IMG/VR virus record: IMGVR_UViG_2541047843_000008
Length of the DNA stretch: 40,690 nucleotides
Source: a virus
Taxonomy: Duplodnaviria; Heunggongvirae; Uroviricota; Caudoviricetes
Direction: 5' to 3' (one strand)
Positions 35,417-40,690 of this stretch are shown here, one piece after another. Each line of letters starts with the position of its first letter. The stretch's first letter is position 1. The position numbers and the translations under genes are program-made. The notes under the pieces are model-generated. The model ran no database searches. It had not been told where the DNA came from and saw nothing but the letters and a program-made list of their open reading frames with translations.

Positions 35417-35493
35417 TTACCTTACGGGTAATTTTTTTAACTCATATCTATTGACACCAAACCAAATAAGCATAATTATTACCTCAACGGTAA
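35417..35493. promoter_or_regulatory. Early (PL-like) promoter region with TTGACA flanked by two operator palindromes
   Basis: TTACCTTACGGGTAA (about 35417-35431), TTGACA (about 35451-35456), AT-rich -10 candidates, TTACCTCAACGGTAA (about 35479-35493). Confidence 0.55.
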
Positions 35494-35512
35494 CAGACCG
35501 AGGTAACAAGTT

Positions 35513-35665
35513 ATGCAGTGGAAAATCATCAACGGTTGGTACTGCGTTACTGCATGCGGATTCATGAGCTGGAAGTTCCGCACCTTACAGGAAGGCATTA
35601 AGTGGGCTTTCGTCAGCAAAGAAGCTCGCGATGTAGCCAACGATAACGAGATATGGGAGGGCTGA
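35513..35665 (+). CDS. Small 50-aa Trp/Cys-containing ORF, first in early operon (below the ORF-track size cutoff)
   Basis: ATG right after the operator; MQWKIINGWYCVTACGF...; stop overlaps next gene's SD. Confidence 0.3.
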   Translation: MQWKIINGWYCVTACGFMSWKFRTLQEGIKWAFVSKEARDVANDNEIWEG

Positions 35666-35667
35666 TA

Positions 35668-35967
35668 ATGAACGTTAATCAGCAGAAAAATCTTCAAAAA
35701 ATCATGCTGGCATTCGACAAGGACTACCGCCTGTCAGAACAGCTATATGACCGACAAGTTGAACTGATTGAGAGCATCCGACTTCATCAACTGTCCTCAA
35801 CTTTCGACGTTGTAACAGGCAAAGGCGTTCGTCAGGAAGTGCTGGAGGCTGCTAAAGACAGCCCTGAGTTCGAAGAACTGATAGATTCCTACCGGCGCGA
35901 GGCAATGGCAATTATCGCCCGCTGGGATCTGGCGGATCGGATTGATGGGCAGAGGGAAGCGGCATGA
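35668..35967 (+). CDS. Hypothetical early protein upstream of exonuclease (position of Gam/Abc-type anti-nuclease)
   Basis: 100 aa, GGGAGGG SD; function unassigned. Confidence 0.45.
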   Translation: MNVNQQKNLQKIMLAFDKDYRLSEQLYDRQVELIESIRLHQLSSTFDVVTGKGVRQEVLEAAKDSPEFEELIDSYRREAMAIIARWDLADRIDGQREAA

Positions 35968-36863
35968 TGCAGAACGCTGGAATCATGGATAGAACAAAAT
36001 ACATCGGAGGAAGCGATGTTGCAGGGATTCTTGGAATTAGCCCATGGCGCACCCCGCTTGAGGTTTATCTGGATAAGGTCCAGCCACGTGTCAAACCAGT
36101 AGACCCAAGCAAGCAGAAAGTTTTCACGCGTGGCCAGCGTATGGAGCCATACGTAATAGACCTGCTTTCTGAGGAAACAGGGATGGAAATCGTTCATCGC
36201 GGAAACCGCTATATCCACCGTGATTACGATTTTATTGCAGCTGAGATCGATGCAGAAGCAGCGTCAGGCGAGAACATTGAGATCAAAACAGTTAGTCCGT
36301 TCAAAGCCAAAGAATGGGGAGAAATCCAGACAGATGCAATTCCTGTGCATTACACGGCCCAGGCCATGCACGGGTTGATGGTTACAAACAAACAGGTATG
36401 CGTTTTCGGTGTGCTTATCGGTGGCGACGACTTCCGAATCTATCGGGTTGAGCGTGATGAAGAAACTATCCAGGCGATCTTAGAAAAAGAAATCGCTTTC
36501 TGGGACCGAGTGAAAAATCTTAACCCGCCGGAAGCTACCAGCGTAAGCGATGTATCGCTGATGTTTGAGAAAGATGCCGGGACAAGTATCGAGGCTGACG
36601 GAAAGGCACTCGCACTATTCAACGATCTACGAGACATGAAGTCACGCAGAAAATCACTGGAAGAAGAAATAGCTATATCAGAAGAGAAGCTGAAGATGTA
36701 CATGCAAGAGCACTCAGTCCTGACCCTGGACGGAAAGCCGCTCTGCACATGGAAATCTCAGATCAGCAACAGATTCGACCAGAAGCTATTCCAGTCAGTA
36801 CACCCTGAGTTATTCGAAAAATTCAAAACAACAACGACACAACGCGTCTTCAGAATGAAGTAA
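35964..36863 (+). CDS. Recombination exonuclease, YqaJ/RecE-like
   Basis: N-terminal YIGGSDVAGILGISPWRTPLEVY resembles YqaJ-type viral recombinase domain; paired with RecT. Confidence 0.7.
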   Translation: MMQNAGIMDRTKYIGGSDVAGILGISPWRTPLEVYLDKVQPRVKPVDPSKQKVFTRGQRMEPYVIDLLSEETGMEIVHRGNRYIHRDYDFIAAEIDAEAASGENIEIKTVSPFKAKEWGEIQTDAIPVHYTAQAMHGLMVTNKQVCVFGVLIGGDDFRIYRVERDEETIQAILEKEIAFWDRVKNLNPPEATSVSDVSLMFEKDAGTSIEADGKALALFNDLRDMKSRRKSLEEEIAISEEKLKMYMQEHSVLTLDGKPLCTWKSQISNRFDQKLFQSVHPELFEKFKTTTTQRVFRMK

Positions 36864-36872
36864 GGAGAAAAA

Positions 36873-37895
36873 ATGTCTATCAATGCACTTAAGGCAGCGG
36901 CTACCGGTAACCAAGTTGCACATCATAATGAGAAACCAACAACTCTGGCCGGACTTCTGGCAGACCCAAAAATTAAAGCTCAGATGGCTTTGGCACTTCC
37001 AAAGCACATGACAGCAGACCGTCTGGCGCGCATAGCAACCACAGAGATCCGAAAGGTTCCAAAACTTGCATCATGCGACCAAGCCAGCTTCCTGGGGGCA
37101 ATTATGCAATGTGCCCAATTGGGTCTTGAACCAGGCGGAGCTCTTGGACACGCTTACCTGATACCGTTCGACAAACGCCAGAAAGTAAATGGAAGATGGG
37201 AAACCGTATCTACAGAAGCACAGCTGATTATCGGCTATCGCGGAATGATTGACCTTGCCCGCCGCTCTGGGCAGATCCTGAGTATCTCGGCTCGTACCGT
37301 ACATACAAACGACAAATTCAGCTACTCATACGGCCTGGAAGAAACGCTCGAGCATTTACCTTGCGAAACAGGTGACCGCGGAGAATTAACGCACGTTTAC
37401 GCCGTTGCACGACTGAAAGATGGCGGAGTCCAATTTGAAGTTATGAGCCGGGCAGACATTGAGAAAGTTCGTGCACTGAGCAAAGCCGGTAGCAGTGGCC
37501 CATGGGTTGATCACTTCGATGAGATGGCTAAAAAAACAGTAATTCGCCGACTATTCAAATATCTTCCTGTTTCTATTGAAATGCAGAAGGCTGTTGTTAT
37601 GGATGAGCGCGCTGAAGCTGGACTTAGCCAAGATAACGCAGCTGTTATCACTGGTGAATATTCCGTAGTTGACGATGAGCGTCAACACCTGTCGCCAATT
37701 TCAGATTCAGAACGAGAAGAAGCTCGAGAATATATCATCGCGATACTTAATAGCCTGGATCCATCTGCTGAAGATGCAAAAACGATGTTCAAGCGCGCTG
37801 AAAATGAGATTAACACCATGGCTGAAAAGCTCGGTGATGAATATCACCAAAAATTCATGATGACGCTTAACGATATGCGTCCAGAATTCGAGTAA
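36873..37895 (+). CDS. recT: RecT-family single-strand annealing protein
   Basis: Central conserved-looking block SCDQASFLGAIMQCAQLGLEPG...AYLIPF typical of RecT; AGGAG SD. Confidence 0.85.
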   Translation: MSINALKAAATGNQVAHHNEKPTTLAGLLADPKIKAQMALALPKHMTADRLARIATTEIRKVPKLASCDQASFLGAIMQCAQLGLEPGGALGHAYLIPFDKRQKVNGRWETVSTEAQLIIGYRGMIDLARRSGQILSISARTVHTNDKFSYSYGLEETLEHLPCETGDRGELTHVYAVARLKDGGVQFEVMSRADIEKVRALSKAGSSGPWVDHFDEMAKKTVIRRLFKYLPVSIEMQKAVVMDERAEAGLSQDNAAVITGEYSVVDDERQHLSPISDSEREEAREYIIAILNSLDPSAEDAKTMFKRAENEINTMAEKLGDEYHQKFMMTLNDMRPEFE

Positions 37896-37944
37896 CCACC
37901 ACCGCGGTGCCACACGCGCCGCACTGCAACCAAGAGAGGTATTT

Positions 37945-38193
37945 ATGAAAGGTGCATTAGGTAAGAAGGAACTCCTGGCGGTGGTGCCACTGTCATGGAG
38001 CACTATCGACCGTATGGAGCGCGCAGGGGAATTTCCTAAACGCTGGTATATCACTGACAAACGCTGCGCATGGAACCGTGACGAAGTTGAGCGTTGGCTT
38101 GATGAACGTCAGGCAGCAAGCCCGGCAGAGTTCCAGGGTAAAAAACCTCCTGTTCAGCAACGTGTATATCGTCCCGTGAGCAACGCTGCATGA
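37945..38193 (+). CDS. AlpA-family regulator/excisionase-like protein
   Basis: LSWSTIDRMERAGEFPKRWYITDKRCAWNRDEVERWL matches the AlpA/Xis-type HTH pattern. Confidence 0.65.
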   Translation: MKGALGKKELLAVVPLSWSTIDRMERAGEFPKRWYITDKRCAWNRDEVERWLDERQAASPAEFQGKKPPVQQRVYRPVSNAA

Positions 38194-38302
38194 GTGCGCT
38201 GCTAAGGCACTGGATCAAATGGTCAGGATGGTACTTATTCCTGGCCTCTGTTTCAGCATGGCTTTATCTGCTGGCATTAATTTTCAGAGAGGGTTGGATT
38301 AA

Positions 38303-38602
38303 GTGAGAAAGTTAAGCCGACTTGAAAAATATCACATGAATAAGGTTTCAATGCGCAGTCCGTCAAAGATTGTCGCCGTTACTCCTGCGGCGATAGAGAT
38401 CGAAAAACGCGCGATTGAAAGAGAGAAAAAAGGGCAGTTCCGCATTGCCGCTCACCTTTGGCTTCAGTGTATGGATGTTGCTTCTGGTGATGTTGAGCGT
38501 GCAAGGATCGCGGTTCGCAGGGACCAATGTATCACAAAAGGTAACGGCCTTCGCCGTGGAGACTATAGCGGTATAGGATGTTGCGGGGTGGTTTATGACT
38601 AA
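38303..38602 (+). CDS. PerC-like transcriptional regulator candidate (start may be ATG near 38336)
   Basis: Segment KKGQFRIAAHLWLQCMD resembles the PerC-family core as recalled. Confidence 0.45.
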   Translation: MRKLSRLEKYHMNKVSMRSPSKIVAVTPAAIEIEKRAIEREKKGQFRIAAHLWLQCMDVASGDVERARIAVRRDQCITKGNGLRRGDYSGIGCCGVVYD

Positions 38603-39245
38603 GAAATACACACTAATCTATGCAGATCCACCCTGGGTATACCGGGACAAAGCCGCAGATGGTAATCGCGGTGCCGGTTTTAAATATCCAGTTATGAGTG
38701 TGCTGGATATCTGCCGCCTTCCTGTGTGGGATTTGACCGCTGAAAACTGTCTGTTGGCCATGTGGTGGGTGCCAACACAACCACTCGAAGCACTAAAAGT
38801 TGTTGAAGCCTGGGGATTTCGTCTGATGACGATGAAGGGCTTCACGTGGATAAAATGTGGTAGTCGACAACCAGATAAACTGGTTATGGGTATGGGACAC
38901 ATGACTCGCGCCAATAGTGAAGATTGCCTGTTTGCGGTAAAGGGAAAACTACCTACGCGCATTAATGCAGGGATCGTTCAGTCATTTACCGCACCGCGGC
39001 TTGAGCATTCAAGAAAGCCAGATATCGTTCGTGAAAAACTTGTGCAATTATTAGGCGATGTTTCTCGCATTGAACTGTTCGCCCGCCAGACGTCTCATGG
39101 CTTCGATGTTTGGGGTAATCAGTGCGAAGACCCGGCAGTGCAACTACACCCTGGATACGCGTTGGATATTGGCGGATTAACAAATGCATTCAGCAATGCT
39201 CCGCTGTCACCAACAGACATCCAGGGGCGAGAGCGTGCTGCATGA
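38595..39245 (+). CDS. DNA N6-adenine methyltransferase, MT-A70 family
   Basis: Catalytic DPPW motif (LIYADPPWVY). Confidence 0.85.
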   Translation: MTKKYTLIYADPPWVYRDKAADGNRGAGFKYPVMSVLDICRLPVWDLTAENCLLAMWWVPTQPLEALKVVEAWGFRLMTMKGFTWIKCGSRQPDKLVMGMGHMTRANSEDCLFAVKGKLPTRINAGIVQSFTAPRLEHSRKPDIVREKLVQLLGDVSRIELFARQTSHGFDVWGNQCEDPAVQLHPGYALDIGGLTNAFSNAPLSPTDIQGRERAA

Positions 39246-39436
39246 ACAGGGCATCACCAGCAGATTTAAGAAAATGCCTTGAAACTGCAAACATGCTTGC
39301 ACACAGCGGGATCAGGTTTGTTCCAATTCCCGCTGTCACTGATGCTGAATTTGCAACACTGTCAGCAATATTCGAAAACAAAATTGAATCACTGGCAGCA
39401 GAAGCAGAGATGGAAGAAAATCAGCAGAACTATTAA
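39242..39436 (+). CDS. Hypothetical small protein
   Basis: ATG overlapping the methyltransferase stop; 64 aa. Confidence 0.4.
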   Translation: MNRASPADLRKCLETANMLAHSGIRFVPIPAVTDAEFATLSAIFENKIESLAAEAEMEENQQNY

Positions 39437-39439
39437 ACG

Positions 39440-40690
39440 TTATTCCCCCGCCATCCACTTCTCAAACTTCGACGGGGAGAACGGAATCAGATCCGTATGC
39501 TCCCCGTCAATCCATGAATCAATCATATCGGCCCACTGCTGCAACATGTAGGCGCGCTGTCTGGCGTATTCCGCTTTGTTATATACGGCGCGCACACCTT
39601 TCTGCTCATGTGCCAGAGCCTTTTCAATCCAGTCTGAAGGATAACCAGCCTCATGCAACAACGTACTGGCTGTACGGCGCATATCGTGTACGGTGAAGCC
39701 CTGAATATGCTCACCATCTTCATTTATTATTTTCACCGTTCTGTCGATCAGAGAGTTCAGCGCGGCATTAGATAATGGCTTCCGGAAATTGTAACGACCA
39801 GGAACCAGATATTCACTTCCACCAGCGCACATCTGCAACCCGACCAATATATCCTGTGCCTGTTTAGGCAGGTAAATAACGTGCGCCCGGCTTCCCTTCA
39901 TGCGGTCTGGAGGAATTGTCCATGTCCATTTTTTAAAATCTATTTCATCCCACGTTGCATTGGTGAATTCGCCCTTACGAACCATAGTGATAAGCACCAG
40001 TTTTAAAGCCATTTTCATAGTGCCCATAGCACCAATGGCATCCAGCGTGCGGAAGAACAGGCCAATTTCTTCTGGTGTCAGTGTTCGCTCTCGTGGTTTA
40101 AATATGGCGATAGACGAAGGTTTAATGTCAGCCGCAGGATTAAACAAACCATGACCACGGTCATTGGCGTGACGGTATACGCTACTGATGATCTCCCTGG
40201 CCTGCACTGCTGTTGCCCGACCACCGCGTTCGACAATCCGGTCACACAAATCACGAACCATCGATGTGGTAATTTCAGCCATCATTTTGTTGCCAAGAAC
40301 CGGAAGTATGTCACGGTCGATCACCGCCTGCTTCATTGCGCGGGTACTGTCAGCCAGGATGACGTGTTTCATATAACTGTCGGTATGTACCGCAAACGTC
40401 TCGGCACCACGAATCTTTTTGATACCGTCACGTTTAGCCGCAGCCGGTGACTGGCCTGCTTTAAGCAGCTTCTTTGCAGCAATCAGTTCTTCTCGCGCTT
40501 CTGCCAGGCTGATACCGTCACGCCCATACTGCCCGATTACCAGTGTTTCGCGGCGACCGTTGATACGGTAGTCATAGCGAAACGAGACCGTGCCTGACGT
40601 AAGCACAGCTACATACAGCCCGTCACGATCGGAGACCTTGTACAGTTTGTCCTGCGGCTTGAGGTTTTTTAATTTTGTATCGGTAAGCAC
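39440..40690 (-). CDS. int: Tyrosine integrase (P4/IntA-like); start coincides with window edge
   Basis: N-terminus MLTDTKLKNLKPQDKLYKVSDRDGLYV typical of this integrase family; C-terminal catalytic region with R...HDMRRT...Y pattern. Confidence 0.9.
   Translation of the reverse strand: MLTDTKLKNLKPQDKLYKVSDRDGLYVAVLTSGTVSFRYDYRINGRRETLVIGQYGRDGISLAEAREELIAAKKLLKAGQSPAAAKRDGIKKIRGAETFAVHTDSYMKHVILADSTRAMKQAVIDRDILPVLGNKMMAEITTSMVRDLCDRIVERGGRATAVQAREIISSVYRHANDRGHGLFNPAADIKPSSIAIFKPRERTLTPEEIGLFFRTLDAIGAMGTMKMALKLVLITMVRKGEFTNATWDEIDFKKWTWTIPPDRMKGSRAHVIYLPKQAQDILVGLQMCAGGSEYLVPGRYNFRKPLSNAALNSLIDRTVKIINEDGEHIQGFTVHDMRRTASTLLHEAGYPSDWIEKALAHEQKGVRAVYNKAEYARQRAYMLQQWADMIDSWIDGEHTDLIPFSPSKFEKWMAGE

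Larger units (their letters stand above)
1100..40690. mobile_element. Prophage, about 39.5 kb, temperate podovirus-like; lysis cassette at left end, integrase at right window edge; att sites not visible in window
   Basis: Continuous run of phage genes: integrase, recombination genes, repressor/Cro, O/P-like replication, terminase, portal, capsid, T7-like tail and internal proteins, tailspike, holin/endolysin/spanin. Confidence 0.8.

Noticed and set aside
1-40690. CRISPR arrays, rRNA genes, insertion sequences or transposases
   Set aside because: No regularly spaced short direct repeats, no rRNA-like sequence and no transposase-like ORF were seen on either strand; the only mobile element is the prophage itself.

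Overview
Almost the whole window (about 1.1 kb to the right edge at 40690) is one intact-looking temperate prophage, about 39.5 kb, sitting next to two left-flank genes (a glycine-zipper lipoprotein and a secreted coiled-coil protein). Reading along the minus strand from the right: a tyrosine integrase at the window edge; a plus-strand early operon (tandem-HTH repressor, RecE/YqaJ-like exonuclease, RecT, AlpA-like regulator, PerC-like regulator, MT-A70 adenine methyltransferase); a divergent immunity region with clustered palindromic operators; Cro-like, O-like and lambda P-like replication genes; a nin-like block of small genes; terminase small and large subunits; a plus-strand tRNA-Arg(UCU) moron; portal, scaffold, capsid; T7-like tail tubular A/B and internal virion proteins; a plus-strand moron island with antirepressor-like genes; a 1039-aa tailspike with a C-terminal self-cleaving chaperone domain; and a lysis cassette (holin, GH19 endolysin, Rz/Rz1). 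So the element is a mosaic: lambdoid control and replication genes joined to a T7-supergroup podovirus virion module. The most notable points are a LexA box in front of a stand-alone antirepressor-domain gene paired with a repressor that has no autocleavage domain; a 15-bp palindrome (TTACCT-N3-AGGTAA) recurring at 12 or more promoter regions; an unassigned two-gene cassette in the moron island; a 27-bp element present twice inside the O-like gene in two different reading frames (candidate origin); and a tailspike with sialidase-type Asp-boxes (candidate endosialidase). All calls come from reading the sequence and ORF translations by eye; no database search was run, and coordinates of non-coding elements are accurate to about 1-2 nt.
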